64,000 nt of DNA from Tetramitus jugosus. Its lineage: Eukaryota; Protista; Heterolobosea. Location: assembly GCA_937625935.1 (NCBI GenBank), contig OW569362.1:458673-522672 (forward strand), written 5' to 3'. Positions 1-12,570 of this stretch are shown here, one piece after another. The notes under the pieces are model-generated. The model searched no databases. It was not told the DNA's origin and worked only from the letters and a program-made list of their open reading frames with translations. A program made the translations under genes and the position numbers. Position 1 is the first letter of the stretch, and the number at the start of each line of letters is the position of its first letter.

Positions 1-666
<666 letters not shown>

Positions 667-1323
667 ACTCTGTTGCCATCCGATTCCATCAAAAGCGCAC
701 GCACAATCACCGACCATTATTGCTGAATGACAACACTGCAATGACAATGATCCAAACAAGTATCGAGTTTGACAGATTTTGGGAGCAGAGATGTGCCATG
801 ACAGGATGTCAACAGTACTGTCAGAGCACGAACCAATGTAGACAACTGTTGTGTGATGTCATCTCGAATCCTCAATTGTTTTTTTCTGTCTCCTTGTGAT
901 GATGATTTATGTCGCGTGTTGTGCTCGTCAGTTCGGTAGTTGTGGATGTGAATGTGTGTGCGTTTGTGTGTGTTCATGTATCAGATGCGGGAGGCGATCT
1001 CTCTTTCATCTATCATTGCACAGTTGATGACCGCGATATTGGAAGGGAGAGATGAAGAATTCAGGGAGTCACTCTCCTTCGCTCTCTCGCAGTGTCCGTG
1101 TATATAAATCATTCCTTGTTCTTCAAACCTCAATGATTTTTAGCTCTTCCTTCAAAACAGATTACGATCCCATAACGCCGATTTCGTTTTTCGTAGAGCT
1201 CACTGCGAACGGAAAATTTTTGTTCCTTTTCGGCATGGAAAAAAACTCTTGCCACGACACAACACAGATCAAAGACACTTGTCTCTCAATCTACAACAAC
1301 ATCAACAACATTTGATATATAGC

Positions 1324-3185
1324 ATGTCTCTGCCAACAATCACCCCACTCTATACACTCTTCTCAGTTGCTCTGTCTCTCGGCACTGTCCTATACACTTA
1401 TCAAAGCAAAAGTTGGGAGAATTTTATTATTGCTCTCTCGTCCAAAATATCCATCATTGTTTGTATCAAATAACGTGTGTGTGTTTGTTTGTTTATTTTG
1501 TCAGTTCGATCATCCATTTTGCTTACGCTGTCTGCTTGTGTGATCATGTGTGTATTTGATTGTATATTGCCTGTGTGAAATAATAATGGATATGTTTCAC
1601 ATAGATTCATATCAATGCAGTTTATGTATTATTGTTCTTTGTAGGACGGATTGTCATGGTCTATTTCATTGGAAAGCTCCGAAAGAAGGAGTTCAAGGTA
1701 TGTCTAGCCTTCTGTTGTTGGTTGTTGTTTGTTGTTTGTTGATGATCATGATTCAATTGAATTTGTAAAATGATGACGATGATTAACACTTGATCTGTGT
1801 TATCTGTGATTGTTGATCATGTGTGTGGATAAACATTGCACTCAAATTATATGCATGTCAATTTGAATAGCAATTTCAAGAGAAAATGGTAGAATACAGT
1901 GGTTTGAATCTCGTGTTTGTGTTCTATGTGTTGAATATGGACATGTTTGGTACGATACTGTGGATTACGTGGTTCACTGTCCTTGGATTCTTCAAAGTGT
2001 ACACTGTTGTTGCGAGAGAACGGTCGCGGTACTACATGACTGCCCCTGCCATTGACAATATCCAAACGAAACATGGTCGATTGATTAGCTTGTTGCTTGT
2101 GATTGTGATTTGTAATGTAGTTCTTGTGCTTTTCAGTGCTCTCGTACTAGGATTTTCGAACATAGGAATGCTTTTGTTCATGATTTATGAGAGCTGGATT
2201 ATTTTGTTGGAGTCGACACAGACCATTTTGAAGTTTAAAATGTTTTTGGACGAGTTTTATCATTTGAAAGCTTGGGAGGGACGTGAAGAGATTGGATATC
2301 AATTAGGTGAGTATATGATGAGACACGCGATGATTACGACTTGTGTGAAGGAGGAGATTTAAGTTACTAACGCTATTATATTCTTCATATGTGTGTGCAC
2401 AACTGCATTGACTATTATTACTGTTAGATTTTCTGTTGGAGATTGTACGATTGAGCTCTTTGATTGCACACTACTTCCACATTTGGATGGTGGATGATTA
2501 TTCGTTCTCTGCAATTGACATTGCCATGTTTGTATTTGCAAAGTCGGCACTTTCAGAACTCTGGGTTCACATCCAGCGATTCAATGAATACATGGAAGCT
2601 ACGCACTTGATCAATAAGTATTCGTGTGCCACAGAGGAAGAGTTACATGGAATCGAATGTATCATTTGCTACGAACCAATGACTGTTAGTACGTCCAAAA
2701 AGCTCGGCTGTAATCATATTTTCCACGTATCCTGTATCAAAAAGTGGATGCAAAAAGCGTTCAATTGCCCTGTGTGTAGACATCCTCTAGTAGAGTCACA
2801 CAAACACTTGAAACCCTCCCAAGAACAACAGGACAGTACACCATCGAGCACTGAGTCGACCCAGCAGGCATCTACTGCTTCTGTGCAAGTCAATCCTAAT
2901 GAAGAGGTGGCTCCAGTCGAACACACTGTACAGTCCACGGACAGTGGTGACAACACTGAAACATTACCCTCGACTGAAGCAGCCGAAACTACCAGTCAAC
3001 CTGAGCTAAGACAAGATCCAACTGTCTACCGAATTGATCAAACGACTAATCCATGGATGAAGTGGTTGCCCTTCTCTGTTGAGCTAGAGGAGTGGCCTTC
3101 GGCATCCAACAATGAGCAAGAACAAGAAACCACCCTCCGGAATAGATCTCAATCACAACAGCAACCCACAACTCCCTCTCAGTAA
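1324..3185 (+). CDS. HRD1/gp78-like multi-pass membrane RING-H2 E3 ubiquitin ligase (introns ~1459-1604, 1698-1870, 2307-2427)
   Basis: Several hydrophobic TM segments lie on phase-consistent GT-AG spliced exons. They are followed by the RING-H2 CIICYE..LGCNHIFHVSCIKKW..CPVCR. Confidence 0.85.
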
Positions 3186-3263
3186 ATATGTAGCTCACTT
3201 TAGTCGTCGGACAATTGCGCAAATTGCCGTTCCAACTTACGACAAGTTTCAAGAAAGCATCAA

Positions 3264-5332
3264 ATGCATATTCACAAGAGTGGCAACGGCAACAACGCCA
3301 CATGCAGCAATGACAATGATGAAGATGATTATCATTGCAAATATTGCTCTAATTTATTTCATGAACCTATCCTGTTACACTGTGGTCACAGTGTCTGCAA
3401 GCGGTGTGCCATCGAGCTCTTTTCTCTTCAACAACTCAAGAGATGCCTCAAATTATCAAATCGTGCCAAACAAACTGTATGTATTCACTATTCAAAAAGG
3501 AAACATTCAATCCTGTTGTGCATCATGGAATGTCATTTCTCTCTGTTCTTTGGTTAGTGATGTGAACGAACTGAATTCTTATAAAAATTCATTGCCTCCA
3601 GGACATGTTAGATAAGGGGGAAGATACAAAGGTTGATGATAGTCCAACGGTGTCTATCATATGTCCTGTGTGCTTCAAGCAAACACTTGTGGACAAGAAC
3701 TTGGGTGTTGGAATGTTAAAGCAAAACTTTGATCTGAGAGATGCGATACAGCACTTGAGTCAGAAGAAATGTGGCAATGAGTGTGGTAGAGATGCAACGA
3801 TTGGCTGTAAAGAGTGTCAAACACTGTTTTGTGACGAATGTAGAGCACTTGCGCATAAAATGCCATTTATGAGGAATCACATATCCATTCCTCTTGAGCA
3901 GCTCGAGCAAAATCAAGCCAGGACTTGTTCCACACACAATATTGAATCAAACGTATTTTGTATAACCTGTGGATCATTGGCTTGCCTGATGTGCTACAGC
4001 TTCGGGGATCATAAGTTGCATGAATGCCTGCCACTGCACGAGTATGTTGCTAAATGTAAGCAAGAGATTCAAGACATGAGTAGTAGTATCGATCATATAA
4101 GTGTCCGTGCGTCCTCGGCAATCGAAGAAGTGAAGCAAGAGATTGAATCTATTGACCAGGTAAGGGAACAAAACAATTTGGTCATTAATGAAGAATTCGA
4201 TAACTTGTTGGAGAAGGTGAATGAGAGACGAATTCAACTTGTGGCACTTAATCAAAGTGTTTATGAAACAAAGAATAGTTCCCTTCAACAGCAGTTGCGT
4301 GCTCTTCAAGTCATCCATCAAAAGACAGTTGATATTGTGTCAACCCCTATCACAACCAAGAATCCTATGAGTCTCTCAAACACCAAACAAAAGATTTCTG
4401 TCATAATATCTGAATTGAACAATGACGTGATCTTCAAGCCCTGTTACAACTCAAAACTCCATATGAGTATTGATATCAACAATATTGCATATGATATCCT
4501 ACAACTGGGAAGGATTAGCAGTACAGCCAATTGCCCCGATCGCCCTTTACCTCCAACAGTACAATTCAAGAATGGTAGTCTCTGTATCGAATATACGGAA
4601 GCAGCTGATAATGGATCTCCAATCACTGAGTATGTTCTCTATGGTAGAAAGAATGGAGAGCCATTTGATGTGCTATACAATGGTATGAACATGTCCTATC
4701 ATCTGAATAAGTTGGTTCGAGCGAAATATGAATTCAAGGTTTCCGCCAAGAATAGCGTAGGTGAAGGGCCTCACAGCAGCATTGTCTCTTTCGAAACAAA
4801 ACTGACTCAATTCAATTATGTTTCAGATTTTGATGAAAATGGTCTGCTTTATTGGATTGGTACAAGTGGAAAAACTAAAGAATACTCTAATCCTGCATTT
4901 GATGGCAAGGTTGAAGTCAGTCGTTCATCTAATGATCCTTCAGGAAAGGATGACGTCAGGCACGCTGCCGGTAGAGACACCAGAAGATGTCTGACAAATA
5001 ATAGACCTGGTCAATGGTTTATGTTCGATTTGAAAGATTACTCAATCGCTCCTTCTTATTATTCAATACAGAATTGGGAGACTGGAAGTCATACTCTTCG
5101 GAATTGGGAGCTTCAGGCTTCCAACGATACTCAACATTGGCAAACTATCAAAGCACATGAAAACGATACGTCATTGAAGGAACGGAAGGGCGCTACAGCA
5201 TCGTGGCCCGTTGGACCCGTTGACAATGCTTTCCGCTACTTTAGAATCTATCAAACAGGAAAGAATTCCTCAGGAAACCACTACCTGATGCTCTCTGGAT
5301 TTGAAGTATATGGCACTGTATTTGATCGATAA
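3264..5332 (+). CDS. TRIM-like protein: RING, B-box1, B-box2, coiled coil, FN3, C-terminal galactose-binding/discoidin-like domain (intron 3477-3601)
   Basis: RING CKYC..CGHSVCKRC..CPVC is split by a phase-0 GTATGT..CAG intron. Two B-boxes follow, then FN3 (DNGSPITEY..YEFKVSAKNSVGEG). The C-terminal FNYVSDFDENGLLYWIGT..LRNWELQAS..FRYFRIYQTG..LSGFEVYG resembles the domain in HECTD1. Confidence 0.88.
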
Positions 5333-5371
5333 CTGCAATAAATATCGTCTCTTTTATTTCATCTCACATCA

Positions 5372-8365
5372 TTAGAATGTTAAAAAGTTGAACAGAGAGT
5401 TCGAATCTATGTTATCTGCTGCGTCCTCCACCAGCTTGTCTACAGATAACTTTTGATTGTATTCATCAATTTCTGTCGATGGACTTGAACTCCGTTCGTC
5501 TTCCATATGATCTAATAAAGAAATTGGGTGATCGTCTCTCATTTCCGAATCTAACAAGAAATGGCTGGATGCTGAATCATGCATGACATCATCAAAATAG
5601 TCGAAGTTGTCATTATCATCTCCACTATTCAGTATGTCGTCATTATGATGATCGTTATCTACATCGACTTCATCACTTGTATCCCTGTTGGTACTTGGTT
5701 GTATCAGATCAGTAATGTCGCCTGACATTGTTATGCTGGAGTTGGAGATGGTTTGGTGATGTCCGTTGTCAAACGAGGAAACACCCTGTGTGTTTGACAT
5801 TTCAGATAATGGACGATGCAATGGATGGTGATTGAATGATCCTGTGAATCCAGCGTTGGCGGTTGGATTGGCATTTGCTGGGGAATACATGTCCATTCCA
5901 GAGTGCATCATTTGTGGAGCATAATAGGAGGTACCAGTGGTCGAATCGTAATAAATTTGCGATGGAGATGAACCAAGGTAGTGATGATGTGCTGCGGAGG
6001 CAGATGAATTGACAAGCGCTGCCGTCATGCCATATCGAGATGTTGACATTCCCAATTCATCCGATGTTGGTGAACCAACAAGCACTTGCTGTTGTTGTTG
6101 AATGTTGTCGCTCAATGAAGAGGTTGATTGAGGTGATATTCCTCTGGTTGGCAAAACACCTGATGCAGCTCTCTTTCGACTCCTCGTAGTAGCAGATGTA
6201 ACAAATGAGTTCTTTCTCTTGGTTAAGAGACTGCTGGGCGACGAAGGTGAAGAGGACAGCGAGATGGAAGGAGATGGAGTCGACATGGACAAGCTTCTGG
6301 CAGTGCGCTGAAGTGACGATGGAATGGCAATTGCACCAGGAATCACTCTTCGACCAGCGACATTGAGACTACTACTACCATTGCTTCCATTGATCAAGCT
6401 CTGTGATTGCTGCTGTTGTGATTGAGATTGCAGCTCTGCAGAATCACTGACCATGGATGCAGAGTTGGAACCACCAAGCAAATGAGTAATGTTGTGACTG
6501 GTTGGACTGGCGGTCGATGGACTCGTGACAGCAGTACCTCCCGTCATCACAGCACTAGTAGGAGAATTGGCACTCATGAGCAGAGAATTAATGGGAGAGG
6601 AGGCACCACTGCTGCCACTCACATTTGCAACACCATCCTTCTCCTTCTTTTCCTTTCTCTTTGTCCTGAGACGAGTGTTTGAGAACCAATTGTTCAGCTG
6701 AATCATCGTAAGGCCAGTTAAGCTACTCAAATGCTCCTTTTGAGTCTGAGATGGATATGGATAAGCTCTGTGTTCATCATACCACTGATTCAAGATGGCT
6801 GTAATGTGCTTTGGATAACCCTTTCTCTTCTTTGATATCTTTGCTTGTTGCAGCGTTGTCTCCGTGTATTGAGACTTTAGCTTTTGTAGAATTTCTTGGT
6901 CGGACTGGTCGCTCACTCCGCTGTTGTTGGCGCCATTATTATTCACCGCATTGTATGCATTGTAATCGACCATGGCGGAAGAGGACGAAGGGGAAAAGCT
7001 ACGAGGAGAGGAGGAAGTAGGTGATGCTCCATTGTTATTCAACCGCTGTTGGTGTTGTTGCTGTTGTTGTTGCTGAGCAAGCAAAGCATTGGAATGATGA
7101 TGAGCATCAAACAACGATCCATGCACGTGAGTTGAATTGACAACTCCAGCGCTACTGAAACCACTGTTGGGTGTGGATGGTGAATTGAGAGTCATATCAT
7201 TAAAGTCAACGACGAGTGGAGTCGATGGAGAAGAACTCAGCTGATGATACAAGCTGTGTTGCGTCTGAAGACTACCACTGTTGAAAGCAAATGGGTTACG
7301 AGCTTGAACACTTGTTATTCCATTGCTGTTGCTATTGCTGTTGTTGCTAAAGCTATTGACAGCTGTAGCTGCAGAGACTGGAAGTGGAGAGGATGAGAGA
7401 ACAGTATGCTGCAACTGAGAAGCTGAAGAACGAATAGGAATGCCGTTAGTTGATGATGAACTGACAGTAGCTTCATCCTCAACTTTTGTAGTAGGTGATA
7501 CAGTTGTGGTATTTGTATGAGTGGTGGTAGTTGAAGATGGAGTAGTAGTGGCAGCTTGATTGCTTGGTGAAGCAACCGTTGCAATATTCACTTGTTCGGA
7601 TTGTGCTGATGTACGATCTGCTGCTGTTGGTGCTGACTGTTGTTGTTGTTGTTCAGTCTTGATAACTGAATAGAAACCCATATTGTTGTTGTTGTTGTTA
7701 GTGGTAGCATTCAAGAGTTGACTCTGTAGTGTTTGGAACGAATCATCAAACGTGTGATTCAACATTTGAATCTCTTGTCGCTGTATCGTGTTGAGACATG
7801 ACATTTTGACTAGAAGTTCCATGACACTTCCACCAGCAGTAGCAGCAGCATTGCTGTTATGATTGTTCATATTAGTAGTAGTAGTAGTAGTATTAAAATT
7901 GTTGTTATTGTGTTGTTCAACAGCACAATTGTTGTTGCTATTGTTGACATAAATGTTGTTCAAAATGGAGTGTGGTTCCATGTCAACAATGGGCGTCGTA
8001 ATGGCCGTTGTACTCGTACTGTTGTGATGACTGTTGAGAACAACATGAGAGGGCACAGTGGATGCGCATGCAGTGTACACGAGAATGTTTGGCGTGTTCA
8101 CAGGAGAATGACGATTGTTTGTGGAAGTAGTGATGGTAGAGGTGGTCGTAGTAGTAGTCATAGTGGTGGAAGTGGAAGTGGTAGAGGAGGTTGTCGTGTT
8201 GGTGGGTGATGATGCGCTAGTGCTGCTGCTTCCAACAGTGGATGAAGGTCCTGTGGAAGTGGAGGAATTACTTGTTGTTGCTTGTTTGTTGTTATCAACA
8301 TTGTTATCGCTCATCATGGATGGTTGTGCTTGAATCGATGTGGATTCCGTTTTGATTAACATCAT
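5372..8365 (-). CDS. TALE-class homeodomain transcription factor
   Basis: KKRKGYPKHITAILNQWYDEHRAYPYPSQTQKEHLSSLTGLTMIQLNNWFSNTRLR has the PYP loop and WFxN helix 3, within low-complexity S/T/N/Q sequence. Confidence 0.92.
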   Translation of the reverse strand: MMLIKTESTSIQAQPSMMSDNNVDNNKQATTSNSSTSTGPSSTVGSSSTSASSPTNTTTSSTTSTSTTMTTTTTTSTITTSTNNRHSPVNTPNILVYTACASTVPSHVVLNSHHNSTSTTAITTPIVDMEPHSILNNIYVNNSNNNCAVEQHNNNNFNTTTTTTNMNNHNSNAAATAGGSVMELLVKMSCLNTIQRQEIQMLNHTFDDSFQTLQSQLLNATTNNNNNNMGFYSVIKTEQQQQQSAPTAADRTSAQSEQVNIATVASPSNQAATTTPSSTTTTHTNTTTVSPTTKVEDEATVSSSSTNGIPIRSSASQLQHTVLSSSPLPVSAATAVNSFSNNSNSNSNGITSVQARNPFAFNSGSLQTQHSLYHQLSSSPSTPLVVDFNDMTLNSPSTPNSGFSSAGVVNSTHVHGSLFDAHHHSNALLAQQQQQQQHQQRLNNNGASPTSSSPRSFSPSSSSAMVDYNAYNAVNNNGANNSGVSDQSDQEILQKLKSQYTETTLQQAKISKKRKGYPKHITAILNQWYDEHRAYPYPSQTQKEHLSSLTGLTMIQLNNWFSNTRLRTKRKEKKEKDGVANVSGSSGASSPINSLLMSANSPTSAVMTGGTAVTSPSTASPTSHNITHLLGGSNSASMVSDSAELQSQSQQQQSQSLINGSNGSSSLNVAGRRVIPGAIAIPSSLQRTARSLSMSTPSPSISLSSSPSSPSSLLTKRKNSFVTSATTRSRKRAASGVLPTRGISPQSTSSLSDNIQQQQQVLVGSPTSDELGMSTSRYGMTAALVNSSASAAHHHYLGSSPSQIYYDSTTGTSYYAPQMMHSGMDMYSPANANPTANAGFTGSFNHHPLHRPLSEMSNTQGVSSFDNGHHQTISNSSITMSGDITDLIQPSTNRDTSDEVDVDNDHHNDDILNSGDDNDNFDYFDDVMHDSASSHFLLDSEMRDDHPISLLDHMEDERSSSPSTEIDEYNQKLSVDKLVEDAADNIDSNSLFNFLTF

Positions 8366-9571
8366 TTGCTTTTGCTTTTGTTGTTTCCTTTGAGAAAATA
8401 ATGTTGTTGCTGTTGTTGGGTCGAATCCAAGTGAACAGACAATTGTTTCCTTGCTCTTGTTGTTGCTGTTGCTGTTCCGTTTTGATATCTCAGAGAGTAC
8501 TGGCTGGCTACGCGAGTGAGAGATTGTGTGTGAGTTGAAGAATACTTTGAAGTGAAAATTTGGGTGGAACGCTCACTCTAAGAAATGGTCTAAACCCGTG
8601 GTTGGTTGTTTGTTTTTGTAGTTGTTTGTTTGTTTCTGGCAAATTCACCTTTGTGGGTATCTGGTGGGTGCGACTGTGGTTCGAACGAATCTCTGCCTTT
8701 GGAATTGCTCTTGATTGGCTTTGTGTGCGTGCAAGGAATTCGTGTGAGTGGAAATTGTTTCTCCCTTGGGGGCTGCGCAGTTATTGAAAGAAGGTGGATA
8801 GGCACAGAGTAAGCTCTTGAGTAGTTGGTGGAAATCAATTTGTTTTTGAAGGGCTTGAGTGCAGCCAAAAGCAACACTCTTGAAGAACAATCGTATCCAA
8901 CGTTTAGTAGATTGAGCGCTGCCGATGAATAAACTGAAAGGTGGTGCGAGGTCGTAGCGTCCGGCAGTTTTTTATCATAGTACCCCATAAATGGGACGTC
9001 GTCTATAAAAAATCTGACGTTTCTTGACAGGTTCATCCTATATATGGACGCAGAATTTTGTAAAATGATTCCTTGTTCCTTGTTTGTTATAGAATACCCC
9101 TTGGTGAGAAATGTGTGCACACAACTGCCCGGCCCAAGAAGAGAACACTTCTCTCGTTGCAACGAAAGAGACCAGTGTTGGTCGAATCCTTCTGGCAGTG
9201 CGAATTTTTCGGGGGCCATTCAACCAAGGGCCCTCTTGGATTTTTGAGTCAACCACGCTCCATTTCTCCTAATGCGTTTTCTGATTTTCGTTCTTTGTTG
9301 AAACTTCAAGTACATATTAAACTCCGAAAGGAAGTGGAACCAACAGAGAAGCGTCAAGGAACGTCAGTAAACTTCAAGGTTTCTCCTGACGTTCTGATCA
9401 GTAATGTTTCAAGGGCTAGTCGTTTATTGAGCTTGTTCGTGCATTATTGCCTGTATGCCCCATCTGGAAATATCCAAGTATTACTGAGATTTTTGTTGCA
9501 TTCTGCCAGTTTCATGTGACGTCAGTTTATTATCAACGATATGAGCTCCTTTATCTCTGAAAGCTAAACTC

Positions 9572-10705
9572 CTACAAGTTGGCGAAGAGAGAGATGATGA
9601 CAGAGAGAACAACAATCCATCCACCAACACTGGTCATGGATGCACCACCAATGTAGGCATCAGCAACACCATATTCACTCTTCGTGGAGACCTTGTGGCA
9701 ATCGTGCCATGAAACAAGCTCATCCAAACACTTTCTCTTGTAGCAGCTGTCTGGAACAGCAAAGGTATATTGAGTCACGGCTCTTCTACATTTGGTAAGC
9801 ACACAAGCTGCTGCCTTAGCATATTGTGGAGCACAAGAGAGCAAATTCAATGGGGAAGTACACTTCTTAGAGTTACACAAGCAATACAATCCAGGTACAA
9901 TGGAGCTGCAGTCACTTTGAGTTTCACATGCGATACGATCAGCACATTGGTTCTTGTAGCAGAAGAGACCAGATCTGCAAACCTTTGAGAGGTCTGAAGT
10001 CACAGGCTCACACAGGTCACCACGTCCAGCAAAATTACGACACTTGTTCTGACTGTCGCAATACATGTTTTCATTACAGTTGTTACCAAGGAGACTGATC
10101 ATACAGCTTCCACCTTCGCTGTTTTGTTGAGCAACACACTTGCTGCCGAAACAGTATCCACTCTTACATTCACCACCGACGTTACATACTTCACCATTGT
10201 CGAGGAATGGTTGACAGGAGAGAGAAGAAGACTTGCAGTACAAATCGTTGCCACATGAACCCAAAAGGTCGCTAAGAATTGGGATGCATGTGTCACCCTT
10301 TTGCAAAGCAGCACACTTGCCCTTGTTACATGGAACACCGACTGGACATTGAGCATCCAATTCACAAGAGTCACCGAGACCCTTCATCCACTTGCACTTT
10401 GAAGCCAAACACTTGAGCGCAGGTGTGACCTGAGAGAACAATGAATTGACAGCATAGCAATCTTTGTTTGTTTTGCAGGTGGCACCAGCATAAAGTTCTT
10501 GAACCTTACATGTGGCAGAGTCAATGTCACACTCAGCAGGAAGTGCACAAGGTGGACGCAACAATCCACAAACATCCCCAACTTTGGTAAAGCCGTCGCC
10601 TTCTGGGACACACACAGCCTTTGCTGTCAAAAGTTCAGCATGAACAGTGAAGCAGCTCAAGAGAGCAGCAATTACAAGAACAACGAGCGCAATATGTTGT
10701 CTCAT
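9572..10705 (-). CDS. Cysteine-rich secreted/GPI-anchored surface protein, copy A
   Basis: Signal peptide, repeated Cys-rich modules (G.xC...xC..GLxC), and a hydrophobic C-terminal tail after GGAS, resembling a GPI signal. Confidence 0.85.
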   Translation of the reverse strand: MRQHIALVVLVIAALLSCFTVHAELLTAKAVCVPEGDGFTKVGDVCGLLRPPCALPAECDIDSATCKVQELYAGATCKTNKDCYAVNSLFSQVTPALKCLASKCKWMKGLGDSCELDAQCPVGVPCNKGKCAALQKGDTCIPILSDLLGSCGNDLYCKSSSLSCQPFLDNGEVCNVGGECKSGYCFGSKCVAQQNSEGGSCMISLLGNNCNENMYCDSQNKCRNFAGRGDLCEPVTSDLSKVCRSGLFCYKNQCADRIACETQSDCSSIVPGLYCLCNSKKCTSPLNLLSCAPQYAKAAACVLTKCRRAVTQYTFAVPDSCYKRKCLDELVSWHDCHKVSTKSEYGVADAYIGGASMTSVGGWIVVLSVIISLFANL

Positions 10706-11433
10706 TTTTATCTATTTACTAGTAGTCTATTAATTATGTTTGTTTTTTTGATTGGGACCACCAGGTATTCGCCCTGTCACCTCCAGTGTTAAATCATGGG
10801 GCAGCCAAAATTCCGGCAGCTGAACTGACATTGACGCTGAGGGAACGGCCCCCAAGATGATATTTGACCATGTTGGTAACTTCCGATAGACTCTTGACTT
10901 AGGCAAACGACCAACAAAGAGACAAGTGATGCTAGATAGGCTCTGAACTCCCAGAATCATCAGTCGGTGATTCCGCTTGTTCCACATGATCGTTCGCAGG
11001 GAGAAAATCTTCTGAACTTTGGTTCTCAAAATTCGCCTGTTTAACCTCTACAGCTAATTGAAAGATTCGAAACCACAGATTTATGATTTTCTCCGTGGGA
11101 CACAGCGATTGTGCAATCGTAAACCTTTGTTACAAGCAACAAGTTGGAATTTTTACTTCTCGGTTCGGTCAACTGAGCAGAACATCAGACCGAGCTTTCT
11201 GAGGCCGTGTGATGATGTTGCTGGTGTTGAAAATACCGAACAATTGATTCTTAAGTCACTGACAGCGACTCTCAGACCAATAGAGATGTTTGTGATTCAA
11301 GGCATTCAGTTAATAAACTAAACAATTTCTGGCCGTTTGTCCTCTGGAAACATAATAAGCGATTCAGATCTCGTGCGACAACAAATAATTGTTTACTATC
11401 ATGTGTCAGTTTACTCTGCAAGGAGCTAGCCTC

Positions 11434-12570
11434 CTACAAGTTGGAGAAGAGGGAGATGATGACAAAGGGGACAACAATCCATCCACCAACACTGGTCATG
11501 GATGCACCACCGATGTAGGCATCAGCAACACCATACTCGCTCGTAGTGGAGACCTTGTGGCAATCGTGCCATGAAACAAGCTCATCCAAGCATTTTCTCT
11601 TGTAGCAGCTGTCTGGAACAGCAAAGGTATACTGAGTCAAAAATCTTCTACACTTTGTCGTCATGCAGACCTCTGCCTTAGCATATTGTGGAGTACAGGA
11701 GAATGAGTCCAATGGAGAAGTACACTTCTTGGAGGTACACAAGCAATACAATCCTGGTGCAATGGAGCTGCAATCACTTTGAGTTTCACATGAGAAACGG
11801 TCCATACATTGGTTCTTGTAGCAGAAGAGACCCGATTGCGGATTGCAAAACTTGGAGAGGTCTGAAGTCACAGGCTCACACAAGTCTCCGCGTCCAGCAT
11901 AATTTCGGCACTTGTTCTCACTGTCGCAATACATGTTTTCATTACAGTTGTTAAGAACCCTCAACTTCATACAGCTCCCACCTTCGCTGTTTTGTTGAGC
12001 AACACACTTGCTGCCGAAACAATATCCACTCTGACATTCACCACCGACGTTACATACTTCACCATTGTCGAGGAATGGTTGACAGGAGAGAGAAGAAGAC
12101 TTGCAGTACAAATCGTTGCCACATGAACCCAATAAGATATCAGCAACTGGGACGCATGTGTCACCCTTCTGCAAAGCAGCACACTTGCCTTTGTTACATG
12201 GAACACCGACTGGACATTGATCATTCAGTTCACAAGAGTCACCGAGACCCTTCATCCACTTGCACTTTGAAGCCAAACACTTGAGCGCAGGTGTGACCTG
12301 AGAGAACAATGAATTGACAGCATAGCAATCTTTGTTTGTTTTGCAGGTGGCACCAGCATAAAGTTCTTGAACCTTACATGTGGCAGAGTCAATGTCACAC
12401 TCCGCAGGAGATGCACAAAGTGGAAGCCCCAATCCACAAGATGCCCCAGCCTTGGAATAGCCAAGGCCTGTTGAGGCACATACGGCCTTTGTCAATACTT
12501 CAGCATGAACAGTGAAGCAGCTCAAGAGAGCAGCAATTACAAGAACAAAGAGTGAAATATGTTGTTTCAT
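11434..12570 (-). CDS. Cysteine-rich secreted/GPI-anchored surface protein, copy B (tandem paralog)
   Basis: Same architecture as 9572-10705, with long nucleotide-identical stretches and similar flanks. Confidence 0.85.
   Translation of the reverse strand: MKQHISLFVLVIAALLSCFTVHAEVLTKAVCASTGLGYSKAGASCGLGLPLCASPAECDIDSATCKVQELYAGATCKTNKDCYAVNSLFSQVTPALKCLASKCKWMKGLGDSCELNDQCPVGVPCNKGKCAALQKGDTCVPVADILLGSCGNDLYCKSSSLSCQPFLDNGEVCNVGGECQSGYCFGSKCVAQQNSEGGSCMKLRVLNNCNENMYCDSENKCRNYAGRGDLCEPVTSDLSKFCNPQSGLFCYKNQCMDRFSCETQSDCSSIAPGLYCLCTSKKCTSPLDSFSCTPQYAKAEVCMTTKCRRFLTQYTFAVPDSCYKRKCLDELVSWHDCHKVSTTSEYGVADAYIGGASMTSVGGWIVVPFVIISLFSNL

Noticed and set aside
6422-8333. Antisense ORFs over low-complexity coding regions (also in the SENP, TTI1 and Gly-rich genes)
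   Set aside because: Shadow ORFs from trinucleotide-repeat and codon bias of the real genes.
8590-9519. 209-aa and 148-aa ORFs upstream of the homeobox gene
   Set aside because: No recognisable motifs, overlapping in opposite strands, and running into promoter-like low-complexity sequence.
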